From Eutreptiella sp. 'Long Island Sound 2002' (lineage: Eukaryota; Protista; Euglenida): a DNA stretch of 64,000 bases. Below, in pieces: positions 1 to 11,297 of the stretch (positions are counted from its first letter, which is position 1; each line of letters starts with the position of its first letter). The notes beneath the pieces were generated by a model that worked only from the letters and a program-made list of their open reading frames with translations, had not been told where the DNA came from and searched no databases. Where the stretch lies: assembly GCA_964036045.1 (NCBI GenBank), contig OZ038379.1:66836001-66900000 (forward strand), read 5' to 3'. A program made the position numbers and the translations under genes.

Positions 1-1930
1 CTGAACACGCAACCACATTGCTTGTTGCAAGGAAATGTTCCCTTTTTAGGGGCTTTGTTGCATTTCTTGCAATGTACTCTCTTGCGGTGGCCTCTCATAT
101 CATAGTCAATATGCCATTCATGGTACATGGTTTTCAACAAGTTGTGCACATTGTCATAGCTCATTTTCAACATATATAGAGGAACCATGACTTTGGGAAC
201 AAGTGTTTTCAATCGTCCCCGCCAATCTTTCACTGCCTCTTCACGGTTACGCAAGCGAATGACACAAAGACCTGCACCTGTGCGAACCCTGCTAATGCCC
301 TCGTAGAAGGCGTTGTGCGTCAGCGAAGGTAGCCACTTGTCATCCAGGACCAAGATGATTTTTATCCATTGACCTACATTGCACCCCATGATATCTTGAT
401 CCAAAGGTCAATTGGAAAGGATGTGCGCGAGTGTACAAGGATCCATCGCCTTTGGTGCGCACAGCAATGTACCGATGAATGTTGATCTTGCGTTGCACTT
501 GCATGAGAGGAACAATGACCTTTGATATATCCTCATGTTGCATTCCACTTGTACTCAAGGCCGAAGCATCAATAGCAATCATCACACAAAACGGTGGGAA
601 GACAAGTATCAGTACAGCACCAGCACGTGCATCACGGATCTCTTGCCCTCTACTTTGTGCTTCATCGGAATGTGGGGCAATCCTATGCAAGCGTCCTTGG
701 GTGCCACTATACAACCCTTTCTCTGTTCTTAATTTGCTTGTGAGGCAACAAGGTGCTTGTGGGATAAAGTATGCGGTCATGTCTTTCGCCATGTCGTATA
801 TGAAATTTGAATTGTGTCCAAACTTCTTTTCATACTTCTGAGCCATTGGCAACCCCCAAGCTACGATGGGCAATCCTTGAGCAATAGCAAATTGTTGAAG
901 CATGACTTCAGTCACCACGTGAACCGTCTTTGGATTAGTGCCAACGATTGTGGCGTGTTGCCAAGTAGGGTCCTTGAATTCCTCCAGGGATATTTCCACG
1001 ATGGTTTTGCGAATTGCATGCATGTTACCGAGCAGTACTGGTTCCTTCCCGGAAGGCCGATACCGATGTAGCGTGCTGTGGATCCGTGGCTCTATGTGGT
1101 TTCACGAGATTCACCTCATCAAACTTTCGGAACAATTGGGGGCAAAATACATCACTCAAATCTTGCCCATCACTTTGCGCTTTTACAGATCCAAACAATT
1201 CTGTTTGACCTACACGCGTCAATTGCACAAAATCGCCCATCAATAGCACGCACGCACCGCCAAATGGTTTATCTTGGCATTGCATGATCTCACAAAGGCT
1301 GCTATGAATATCTCGAAGCATGCGACAACCAACCATTGAGACTTCATCCACTATTCAGACCTTGCAACCTTCAAAAAGCTTACGCAAGCAGTGCACTTTT
1401 CCCTTGTCCCTCTCACATTGCAGTGTGTCACAGTCTCCGTCAAAAAAAAAGCAAGACCCAATGCATGATGGATGGTAGATCCCTTAGCAAGATTAGTTGC
1501 GGCGATTACCGATGGAGCAACAAATCGCACAACCTTCCAACCAAAGGATTTCCGTCATGTTGAGTGGATTTCCCATGCCACCCGACTCTTTCTAGTCCCT
1601 CCGCCGGCTTGCAGGAATACTTAGGGTGCCATTGGTTTGGAGATGAGTAGCAAGTTGCCTTCAAACTCACGTACTTAGTGATCCTATCAATGATCTCTTT
1701 TTGATCCCGACTTCTGGTTGATCTAATATGTCCATTGGATGTTGAAGAAACATCCGTTTCCGGTGCCTCCTCCTCAGCCTTGATATCATCAAGCACTCTT
1801 TGGGCATGGGAGTAAACGTTATCTCCATGTGGATAATGCTCATTATCGCCCATTGCATGAAGAGACTTTGTACCTGCGGTTGGCCCAAACTTGTGCAGTT
1901 GGGGCTCATTAAGCCGCACCGCTGGTTCAT
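1..1930 (-). pseudogene. PIF1-family helicase domain of Helitron RepHel (frameshifted), followed by a C2H2-like Zn-finger start
   Basis: Walker A-like QAGGGTRKS (~1590-1615); motif Ia FVAPSVIAATNLAKGSTIHHALGL (~1455-1530); motif II DEVSMVG; motif III LLMGDFVQL; C-terminal HPFQLTFGSRYHGVQ and EGISRVRTG; FPCNKQCG near 10-40. A 1-nt insertion at ~360 relative to copy 2 shifts the frame. Confidence 0.88.
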
Positions 1931-2060
1931 TTAGGGCTAGTTGCTTGTTTTCATGTAATTATGTGCACACAATGCTATGTGTTAGGGGTGGGTGCAGCAA
2001 TTTCGATGTCCGCAACGTGATTTACATACCCATATTATTGATATTTAATGCAAAAGATCT

Positions 2061-3706
2061 ATTTTTTTTCGACGGCAAATTCAACCGAGCCGACCCAATG
2101 AACCCCGGCTGACCCGCCACTCAGCGCTCAGTCCGCCGTTCATCTTAGCTGTCATTTAGTTTTGACTGAGGTTTCTCTTACAGCTCGATTTGGTCGCTTT
2201 GGGGTTCATTCAAGGTTCCTTCAACATGCAAAAAGCAACAACACTTGCCATTCGCAGTGTTACATCCTCCGTTGCAGTGCACGCTACACGATCTTGTCCA
2301 CCAGGGCTTCCCTTCCCTTTCTGTCCCGCCAGGCACCTGACCAAGCCATAATCCACATCAACGTGCCAATCCTGCTGCCCACCATCCTCCCCCGTCGCAA
2401 GTGATGACGACTGTGTTGGGTGGAGATCCTTTGTAGGGGGCCAACGAGCAGTGAACAGTTCGTTGGCTCGCTTCAAGGGATCTCTATCCAAAACAGTGGG
2501 CCAATTGCCGGGCCGCGTTTGACAACGGCAAGGAAGTGTGGGGACTGCCAAGCAGGCCTCACGTGAGTCCTTGTTGGAGATCAAATCCCACACTTCCTCT
2601 TGCTGACTCCCCGTGGAGTCCAAGGAAGCTCTCCCAATGGCGTACGACTGTGAGGCTTCCTCTTTGGTCACGACCCCCTTCAACACCCGGAAGCCCAGTT
2701 GCTTCAACAACTCGTCCGACGCCACATCAGGCGAGGGAAGGTCCTGGGAGAAAACCGGGGATGCGAGGGAGATGAAGGGTTGGGGGCTACCACACCGCTG
2801 GAGGAAACAAGGTTCCTCCGTAGTGAACACGGCGGGGGTTGTAAAGTCGGGCACGACATGGGTCCACTCCCGTACGATATGACAGACACAGAGTATTTCC
2901 CACCAGTCCCAACTTACCACTTCCACAGTGTAAGGGGGGTGCGGCAGGATCCCCTTTTTGAGTGAACCTCTGTGACCCCAACATGTGCAGTATATCCATG
3001 CTGTAGATCGCTTGTGTCAACGATCTCCAACCCAAATTGTCCAGGGTAGCTAGCTTTCTGGTGGCCGCTTGGCACAAATCGTGCACAGCATCCACCGGAA
3101 AGCGTAAGCGGATGGCCCGAAGGCTTGCATGTGCCGAGCACAACATATTGTTGATCCGGTACATCCAACCCTTACCTAGAAGGGTCGCATCAACAACGCT
3201 CATGTGGACCACATCTGGGGGGGAGGGAAGGTGCTGCGCCCACTTGGCCCATGGCTGCAGGTTTTCCGTAGGCACTCCAACGCGTTCACACACACAGGGT
3301 CCCGTTGAGTGGTTCCGGACATACGAGATTAAAGCTCTGAGTGACGAACGGGAGGATACAAGGGGATGTCATAACCAACTGAAAACCCTCCGGGCGTCCG
3401 ATGGCAATGGTCATGTAACTAGCAACCTGCGACGAGAAGGCGAAGTTGGGGATGGGCCGGGGGAATGAATGGGATGGGGGCGAAATGGGAGAGGAGGAAG
3501 CCACGTATAGTTGCATTACCCTTGAATGAACCTTGAATGAACCCCAAAGCGACCAAATCTAGCTCTCAATGAAGGCTCATTGACAGCCCAGTGAAAGCTT
3601 AATGAAAGCTAAATGAAAGCTAAGTGAACCCCGGATTGATTGCGGACTTGCGGTTCAGTCGGGGTTCATTGGCTGGGCTCCGTCAAATTAGCCTTCGAAA
3701 AAAAAG
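2061..3706. mobile_element. Non-autonomous TIR element with ~170-200 bp imperfect terminal inverted repeats
   Basis: 2061-2230 is the reverse complement of ~3511-3706, e.g. ttttttttcgacggcaaattcaaccgagccgacccaatgaaccccggctga vs ttttttttcgaaggctaatttgacggagcccagccaatgaaccccgactga, and the shared gatttggtcgctttggggttcattcaaggttc. No clean TSD was identified. Confidence 0.8.
2210..2926 (-). CDS. PhyH-like 2-oxoglutarate/Fe(II) dioxygenase-like ORF, C-terminally truncated by the TIR
   Basis: N-terminal LKQLGFRVLKGVVTKEEA resembles the PhyH-type start; SLATGEDGGQQDWHVDVDY carries the HxD motif; ACTATEDVTLRM follows. The distal His is not seen before the stop. Confidence 0.5.
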   Translation of the reverse strand: MEVVSWDWWEILCVCHIVREWTHVVPDFTTPAVFTTEEPCFLQRCGSPQPFISLASPVFSQDLPSPDVASDELLKQLGFRVLKGVVTKEEASQSYAIGRASLDSTGSQQEEVWDLISNKDSREACLAVPTLPCRCQTRPGNWPTVLDRDPLKRANELFTARWPPTKDLHPTQSSSLATGEDGGQQDWHVDVDYGLVRCLAGQKGKGSPGGQDRVACTATEDVTLRMASVVAFCMLKEP

Positions 3707-3825
3707 TTCGTCCCACCCACAACCTTGACCAAACATCAATGCAAATGAGCTAATCACATTTAAAACACATTACCTAGGATGCAAGAAGCACAAAAAACGG
3801 GCACAAAGACATAGCACTAGGCGAA

Positions 3826-4940
3826 TCAACCGCAAACGAACCCCATCTTCACAAATCCTCTCAGCCACCAGTGAACCGCAGGTACATTCGTTTCCTTTTC
3901 CCCTAGGGCATGATTCATTGCCGGTGCCAATCCCAATTGCAAATTCACCGCTTCTTTGAGGATACCAAATTCCTCACTTGAAGCTGTACGTCCTCTTTGG
4001 TTTGTGCTTTGGGCTCTTTGAATTGCTTGTTGCAGCTCTTGCACCACTTGGGCGAATATGCTGTCCTTCACCTCCGCTCATGTTTCCTTGAGTTCGTCAA
4101 TCTCCCTGGTTGCGTTAAAATTCACATCCAAGGGGTGCCTCACACCCCACATCTTCCGACAAATCTTTCGAATGTCATCCGCCAATGACACTCGCAAGCG
4201 ATCATGGTGCCCAATCTTTTTCAACTAGACAACCATGGAATGCCGGCTGCGCTCCAAGTATCTTGCATCAGGGAGCACGTTTACACGTGACAAAATTTGC
4301 CCATGCCTTCTCTGTGCGAGCACCACCATCCATACCGGGCCGAACAGGCATGCGTTTCGCTGCCAAGATAGGGCACCTAGATTGGGACCCTAGGCATTGC
4401 ACATCATTGTTGCCATGCAACACATGCCGGGGATGGAAATCAAACATTGCATTTTGAGGGTGATGCCCATTGTTAACTCCATCAGCAACTCCCATAGGTT
4501 CGGTTGCACGCCATTGCTCTATTCTAATGAGGCAGTAGTACTCAAGTGTGCAATGGCTCCTAAGCCGCTTGACACAACAAGCATAGTGTATGGCAAGTGT
4601 GACAGCAATTCGCTTGGCTTTGGATCCTTCGCCAACGGTGTAAAGGTACGCTTGGAATGTGGCATCTGTGTCCGACTGTGCCACATCCATTACTAGCCAC
4701 AACCATCTTCGTCCTCTTGCGAAGATAGTATGACATGGTCAGTGGGATAGTGATGTGTTGACATTTTTTATGCGTGCAAATCAAGTAGTGAGACCGCCAA
4801 TGGATCATCAAGTGCCAAATTTGACGAAGATGAGGCAATGGAATGTGCATCACCACAATCCTTCTTCACTTGTGGTGCTTGCGCCTCATCACTTTCACTC
4901 TCGCCGTGTGCATCTTCCAAAATTTCACATTCCGCCTCTA
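3826..4940 (-). pseudogene. Helitron Rep-helicase linker region (copy 1)
   Basis: HYACCVKRLRSHCTLEYY (DYxxRPxxL..LYE-like), FDFHPRHVL...SRCPILAAKRMP, AWANFVTCKRAPW (L.LFKPW-like). Homologous, in inverted orientation, to 15050-15931. Confidence 0.7.
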
Positions 4941-5739
4941 GGGTAGCATAGAATATTGGCGTACCACGGAATTAGCATACGCTTTTTCCTCCCCATTTAT
5001 TTTTTTCGGATACGTTTTGGTGCCGCAATGGATGCCACAAGGCGGTTGGAATTTTTTTGGTTGGGTCCCATGGAGCCCGGACATTTTCGGCTGAAAATCC
5101 ACCTCCAAAGGAGCCCCCGATATCGGGTCCGATGCCCAGGCCGACTTGGCTGGCACACAGGGCTCGGAAAAAGCTGCTTGCCGGACCTGGTTTGTAGCCT
5201 TTGTTTTTCATTTCAATGACCAGGTGATCACACACATGCCCTGCCCTACCCTTCCCTGCCCTGACCAGCCCTGCCCACTCTCTCTGTACGGGTTTTTTTT
5301 TTTACCAGAGAGCCCCTTACGCGCCGGCCGCGTCCGATGAAGGTGTCCATTGGTATGGCACTGGAGGGATAGGGAACCATGGAAACAAATGATACTATGC
5401 TCAGTGACATGCATGTTGAGGTCCCCTATCCGCCCAAACCGGCCGGATGTGATTGTACAATGTGCGAATTTTTGGTAGGTGCCGGCGTTGGATGTACTCC
5501 ACCTTCGGTTGACTGCCTGCCATTTTGTTGCTTGCCTTTGTGCATGTCTTGCACCGCAAACGTAACAGTAGAGGGGGTTGAGTGACTCAGTTGTAGGCAG
5601 ACAAGGTGATGTCACACGGCAAACTCACTACCCCCCCCCCCCCCATGGCAACGGACCCCCCCCAGTTTCCCCCAGTCTCCTGAGTGTGACATTGTGTGTC
5701 TCATGCCTAATTCTCCGCCTTGCTTTGCTCTCACAGAAT

Positions 5740-6101
5740 TTGACTATTGCTGAGCTCCAAAGCATTTAAAGGGGCTAGTTCGAGTCTTTTGATTGTTGCA
5801 GTCCTGAGTATTAGAAGTTGCCTGGTGCTGTGCCCCAAAGCAGATATAGGGGCTAGTTCGGGTCTTTTGATTGTTGCAGTCTTGAGTATTAGAATTTGCT
5901 TGGTGTTGTGCCCCAAAGCACATAAAGGGGCTAGTTCGGGTCCTTTGATTGTTGCAGTCCTGAGTATTAGAATTTGCTGGGTGCTGTGCCCCAAAGCAGA
6001 AAAAGGGGCTAGTTCGGATCTTTTGATTGTTGCAGTCCTAAGTATTAGAATTTGCCCGTTGCTGTGCCCCAAAGCAGAAAAAGGGGCTACTTCGGGTCTT
6101 T
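5740..6101. repeat. 78-bp tandem repeat, ~4.5 copies
   Basis: ggggctagttcg recurs at 5771, 5849 and onward at 78-bp spacing; ORF translations show a 26-aa period. Confidence 0.95.
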
Positions 6102-6108
6102 CAATTTC

Positions 6109-6856
6109 AATTTCTAACTGCTGATGGTCTCGCAGCTCAAAACAGGTGCCCAGACCCTGAAATTTCTAACTGCTGATCGTCTCACACCTCAAAACAGGTG
6201 CACAGACCTTGAAATTTCTAACTGATGAGGGTCTCACACCCCAAAAAAAGGTGCACAGACCCTGAAATTCCTAGCTGCTGATGGTCTCACACCTCAACAC
6301 AGGTGCCCAGACCTTGAAATTTCTAACTGCTGATGGTCTCACGCCTCAAAACAGGTGCCCAGACGCTAAAATTTCTAACTGCTGATGGTCTCACACCTCA
6401 AAACAGGTGCCCACACCCTGAAATTTCTAACTGCTGATGGTCTCACACCTCAAAATAGGTGCACAGACCCTGAAATTTCTAACTGCTGATGGTCTCACGC
6501 CTCAAAACAGGTGCCCACACCATGAAATTTCTAACTGCTGATGGTCTCACACTTCAAAACAGGTGCCCACACCCTGAAATTTCTAACTGCTGATGGTCTC
6601 ACACCTCAAAACAGGTGCACAGACCATGAAATTTCTAACTGCTCATGGTCTCACACCTCAAAACAGGTGCTCAGACCCTAAAATTTCTAGGTGCTGATGG
6701 TCCCACCCCTCAAAACAGGTGCCCGGACCCTGAAATTTCTAGGTGCTGATGGTCTCACACCTCAAAACAGGTGCCCAGACCATGAAATTTCTAGCTGCTG
6801 TTGGTCTCACACCTCAAAACAGGTGCCAAGACCCTGAGATTGCTAACCGAAAGTTC
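6109..6856. repeat. 52-bp satellite array 1 (~14 units)
   Basis: Unit aaaacaggtgcccagaccctgaaatttctaactgctgatggtctcacacctc, head-to-tail with no unique spacers. Confidence 0.97.
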
Positions 6857-7487
6857 TTCATTCACATCCTGAACCGTCTTTTGATCGGTGCTACCAATTG
6901 TGGTTTCTTCCCAAGTAGGGTCCTGAAATTCCTTTGGGGTGATTACCACGATGGTATCCACGAATTCCATGCGTGTTTGCAGAGCACTAGCGGTCCATTC
7001 ACGGAAGGCGGATACCGATGTAGCATATTGTCAATCCGTGGCTCCACGTTGTTTCACGAGACTCACCTCATCAAACTTTTGGAACAATTCCCGGCCAAAT
7101 ACATCATTCAAGTCTTGCCCACCAACGTGGACTTTTACGCATCCAAACAATTCCGTTTGACCAACAGGCGTTAATTGCACATAATCACCCATCAATACCA
7201 CACACATACCACCAAATGGTTTATCTTCGCATTGCATGATCTCACATAGGCGGCTATGAATATCTTGTAGCATGCGACAACCAACCATTGAGACTTCATC
7301 CACTATTCAGACCTTGCAACCTTCAAAAAGTTTACGCAAGGTGCAACTTTGCCTTGCCGCTCTCACATTGCACCGTGTCACTGTGTCCATCAAAAACAGC
7401 AAGGCCCAATGCATGATGGATGGTAGATCCCTTTGCTAGATTACTTGCGGCGATTCCTGATTGAGCAACAAATCGCACAATCTTCCA
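6857..7487 (-). pseudogene. Helitron helicase copy 2, N-terminal half (motifs Ia-III)
   Basis: FVAQSGIAASNLAKGSTIHHALG, DEVSMVGCRML, VLMGDYVQL; colinear with ~907-1545 of copy 1. Confidence 0.88.
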
Positions 7488-7509
7488 GGCGAAGCACATT
7501 TGGAGCTTT

Positions 7510-7908
7510 TCAATGCAGCTTATACTTGTCCTTCAAGAGATTATATGTCTTCAAAAGCAATTGAAAGCGATCTGTGGCCCAAGAGTCTTTAGACTTATCA
7601 CGATGTAGTTGCACACTGAGCTTCAAGTAATATTTGCGAAAATCTTGAGTAGTAGTCGCACCCAGTAGAGTTAGAGCCGTGGTGACCTTGTCCTTGGACT
7701 TCGGCAATAGTGATCCAACTTCAACCAATCCGCATCCCGGCACGGCCGAAATGTGGCATGGCACCCAAGCTGTAGGTGGACCGTGCATTGATGGGGAGGA
7801 AGAAGAAGAAGACGACGATGATCGGATGGGCGTTGCACGTGAAGCAAATTCGGGTACAAAACACTGTGGCGACAATGAGGAGGCTTTGGGAGGTGAAGTT
7901 GTATGCAA
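7510..7908 (-). CDS. S/T-rich linker plus DnaJ-type J-domain (HPD altered to HRD), one frameshift downstream of the helicase ORF
   Basis: ALTLLGATTTQDFRKYYLKLSVQLHRDKSKDSWATDRFQLLLKTYNLLKD matches the J-domain pattern (LG..., I/F-K/R-K-x-Y-x-K-L-x-x-x-x-HPDK, F..L..AY..L.D). Confidence 0.75.
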   Translation of the reverse strand: MHTTSPPKASSLSPQCFVPEFASRATPIRSSSSSSSSSPSMHGPPTAWVPCHISAVPGCGLVEVGSLLPKSKDKVTTALTLLGATTTQDFRKYYLKLSVQLHRDKSKDSWATDRFQLLLKTYNLLKDKYKLH

Positions 7909-9205
7909 TGTTGTGGACGGTGTTGATGAGGACGAACGTGTCTCCGCTTTGAGGGTGCGGCGGGAGGGATATCATTGTCGCGTACAGGTTGCTTTCCTTT
8001 TCGTTCTAGTCTTTGTTGTCCATGTTCATCTAGCAATGTTCGTGCTTCAGTAGCGGCGTTGATGAAAGTGTCTTCGTCTGAGGCGGGTTGCAGCATCGCG
8101 TCAATGATGGCCCCTTCCATTTCTTGTCTTTCACGGGTGTGTGTGTGTGTACCCGTACCTTGCTTCTTGCGGGCTACCGGAGACGGTGTATTGATTGGTC
8201 TTTTGCCACTCGACTGGCGCTCGACAATGGAACCATGTTGTACATTCTCCTCTTGGCCGGTATTGCTGGGGTTATGTTTGCAACTTCCTTCATGCAGTCG
8301 TCCATGATGCGTAGTGGTGAACACCCGACCACATTGCTTGCTGCAAGGAAATGTCTCCTTTTTAGGGGACTTGTTGGATGCCTTGCGATGCATTCTCTTG
8401 TCGTGGCCTCTCATATCGTAGTCAATATCCCATCCACGGTACATGGCCTTCAACAAGTTGTGAGCATTCTCATAGCTCGTTTTCAACATATATCGAACAA
8501 CCATGACTTTGGGAACAAGTGACTTCAATCGACCCCGCCAATCTTCCGGTGCCTCTTCATGGTTCCGGAAGCGAATGACACGAACACCCGCACCTGTGCG
8601 AACCCGGCTAATGCCCACGAAGAAGGCGTTGTACGTCAACGCAGGTAGGCTCTTGTCATCCACGACCAAGATGATTTTATCCATTGACCTACACTGCACC
8701 CCATGGTATGTTGATCCAAAGGTCAATTGGAAGGGATGTGCTTGAGTGTACAAAGACCCACCGCCTTTGGTGCGCACAGCAATGTACCGACGCATGTTGA
8801 TCTTGCCTTGTACTTGCATGAGAGGAACAATGACCTTTGATGCATCCTCATGTTGGATTCCACTTGTACTTAAGGCTGAAGCATCAATGGCAATGGTGAC
8901 ACAAAATGGTGGGAACTCAAGCATCACTATAGTACCAGCACCGGCATCACGGAGCTCTTGCGCCCTATTTTGCGCTTCATAGGCATGTAGGACAATGCTA
9001 TGCAACCGTCCTTGGGTGCCATTGGACAACCCTTTCTCTGGTCTTAAATTGCTTGCGAGGCAACAAGGTGCTTGTGGGACAAAGTATGCGGTCATGTCTT
9101 TCACCGTGTCATATATGAAAATTGAGTTGTGTCCAAACTTCTTTTCATACTTGTCAACCATTGGCAACCTCCAAGCCACAATGGGCAATCCTCGAGCAAT
9201 AGCAA
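7671..9205 (-). pseudogene. Helitron helicase copy 2, C-terminal half plus C2H2-like Zn finger
   Basis: ORF 7671-9188 contains HPFQLTFGSTYHGVQ, AFFVGISRVRTG and FPCSKQCGRVFTTTHHGRLHEGSC; colinear with 1-890 of copy 1. Confidence 0.88.
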
Positions 9206-10942
9206 CACCTCTAAACAGGTGCCCAGACCGTGAAATTTCTAGGTGCTGATGGTCTCACACCTCCAAACAGGTGCCCACACCCTGGAACTTCTAGGTGCTG
9301 ATGGTCTCACACCTCAAAACAGGTGCCCAGACCCTGATATTGCTAACTAAAAGTTCTAACTGATGATGGTCTCACACCTCAAAACAGGTGCCCAGACCCT
9401 GAAGTTTCTAACTGTTGATGGTCTCAGACCTCAAAACAGGTGCCCAGACCCTGAAATTTCTAGGTGCTGATGGTCTCACACCTCAAAACAGGTGACGAGA
9501 CCCTGAAATTTCAAACTGCTGATGGTCTCACACCTCAAAACAGGTGCCCGGACCCTGAAATTTCCAACTGCTGATGGTCTCACACCTTAAAACAGGTGCC
9601 CGGACCATGAAATTTCCAATTGCTGATGGTTTCACACCTCAAAACAGGTGCCCAGACCCTGAAATTTCAAACTGCTGATGGTCTCACACCTCAAAAGAGG
9701 TGCCCGGACCCTGAAATTTCTAACTGATGATGGTCTCACACCTCAAAACAAGTGCCCAGACCCTGAAATTTTCAGCTGCTGATGGTCTCACACCTCAAAA
9801 CAGGTGCCCAGACCCTGAAATTTCAAACTGCTGATGGTCTCATACCTCAAAACAGGTGCCCAGACGCTGAAATTTCTAATTGCTGATGGTCTCACACCTC
9901 AAAATAGGTGCCCAGACCAAGAAATTTCTAACTGCTCATGGTCTCACACCTCAAAACAGGTGCCCAGACCCTAAAATTTGTAACTGCTGATGGTCTGACA
10001 CCTCAAAATAGGTGCCCAGACCATCAAATTTCCCACTGCTGATGGTCTCACACCTCAAAACAGGTGCCCAGACCCTGAAATTTCTAACTGCTGATGGTCT
10101 CACACCTCAAAACAGGTGCCCAGACCTAAAATTTCCACCTGCTGATGGTCTCACACCTCAAAACAGGTGCCCGGACAATGAAATTTCTAACTGCTGATGG
10201 TCTCACACCTCAAAACAGGTGCCCAGACCCTGAAATTTCCAATTGCTAATGGTCTCACACCTCAAAACAGGTGCCCAGACCCTGAAATTTCTAGCTTGTG
10301 ATGGTCTCACACCTCAAAACAGGTGCCCAAACCATGAAATTTCTAACTGCTGATGGTCTCACACCTCAAAACAGGTGGCCAGACCCTGAAATTTCTAGCT
10401 GCTGATGGTCTCACACCTCAAAACAGGTGCCCAGACCATGAAATTTCTAAGTGATGAGGGTCTCACACCTCAAAACAGGTGCCCAGACCTAAAATTTCCA
10501 CCTGCTGATGGTCTCACACCTCAAAACAGGTGCCCAGACCCTGAAATTTCTAGCTGCTGATGGTCTCACACCTCAAAACAGGTGCCCAGACCATGAAATT
10601 TCTAGCTGCTGATGGTCTCACACCTCAAAACAGGTGCCCAGACCATGAAATTTCTAAGTGATGAGGGTCTCACACCTCAAAACAGGTGCCCAGACCCTGA
10701 AATTTCTAACTGCTGATGGTCTCACACCTCAAAATAGGTGCCCACACCCTGAAATTTCCACCTGCTGATGGTCTCACACCTCAAAACAGGTGCCCAGACC
10801 CTGAAATTTCTAGCTGCTGATGGTCTCACACCTCAAAATAGGTGCACAGACCATGAAATTTCTAACTGTTGATGGTCTCACACCTCAAAACAGGTGCCCA
10901 GACCCTGAAAGTTCTAACTGTGGATGGTCTCACACGTCAAAA
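9206..10942. repeat. 52-bp satellite array 2 (~33 units)
   Basis: Same unit as array 1; the period was checked (9485 to 9537 = 52). Confidence 0.97.
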
Positions 10943-10951
10943 CGGCACCGC

Positions 10952-11000
10952 TTTGAGGTGTGAGACCATCGACGGTTAGAAATTTAAGGGTCTGGGCACC
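10952..11000 (-). repeat. Single inverted 52-bp satellite unit closing array 2 (fold-back)
   Basis: tttgaggtgtgagaccatcgacggttagaaatttaagggtctgggcacc is the reverse complement of the unit, separated from the last forward unit by cggcaccgc. Confidence 0.9.
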
Positions 11001-11297
11001 ATGGTGGGCACCAAACACTAGGAATATTGAGTAGCGCGGAACTTGTGCCGTAATAGGTAGTTGCCCGGAAAGTTGTACCGATGGGGCTGGCGGGAGCCCG
11101 GAAATTTTTGCCTGCATTTCGCCCTCCAAGAGAGCCCCCGATATCGGGTCCGATGCCCAGGCCGACCTCGGTCCCCGGATTGAAAAACCGGCAGTCCGTG
11201 TTGGGGCCGCAAAGCGTGGAAGAAACGCCACCCCTGGAAAATTTTCGGGAGCGGGGAGGGTAGCACTTATGCTGAGGATAACAACATTCTATGCTAG

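Larger units (their letters stand above)
4942..11297. mobile_element. 6.35-kb composite insertion bounded by short TIRs TAGCATAGAAT(A/G)TTG
   Basis: tagcatagaatattg at ~4944 and caacattctatgcta ending ~11296 are inverted copies (14/15 identical), with TA at both outer edges. Both terminal ~290-bp modules share a direct repeat (5072-5145 vs 11093-11166, including gagcccccgatatcgggtccgatgcccaggccgac). Confidence 0.7.

Noticed and set aside
2210-2926. Assignment of the dioxygenase-like ORF to TET/JBP (DNA-modifying)
   Set aside because: Only an HxD and a PhyH-like start are visible; TET/JBP-specific motifs and the distal H/R are absent.
2880-2960. LHCGSGKLGLVG resembling a helicase Walker A (XPB-like)
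   Set aside because: An isolated motif with no downstream helicase motifs.
5208-5615. CYVC...ICFH putative Zn finger
   Set aside because: A single copy with no recognisable spacing pattern or support.
6109-10942. 52-bp arrays as a CRISPR-like locus
   Set aside because: Units are contiguous with no unique spacers, no cas genes are present, and the context is eukaryotic.
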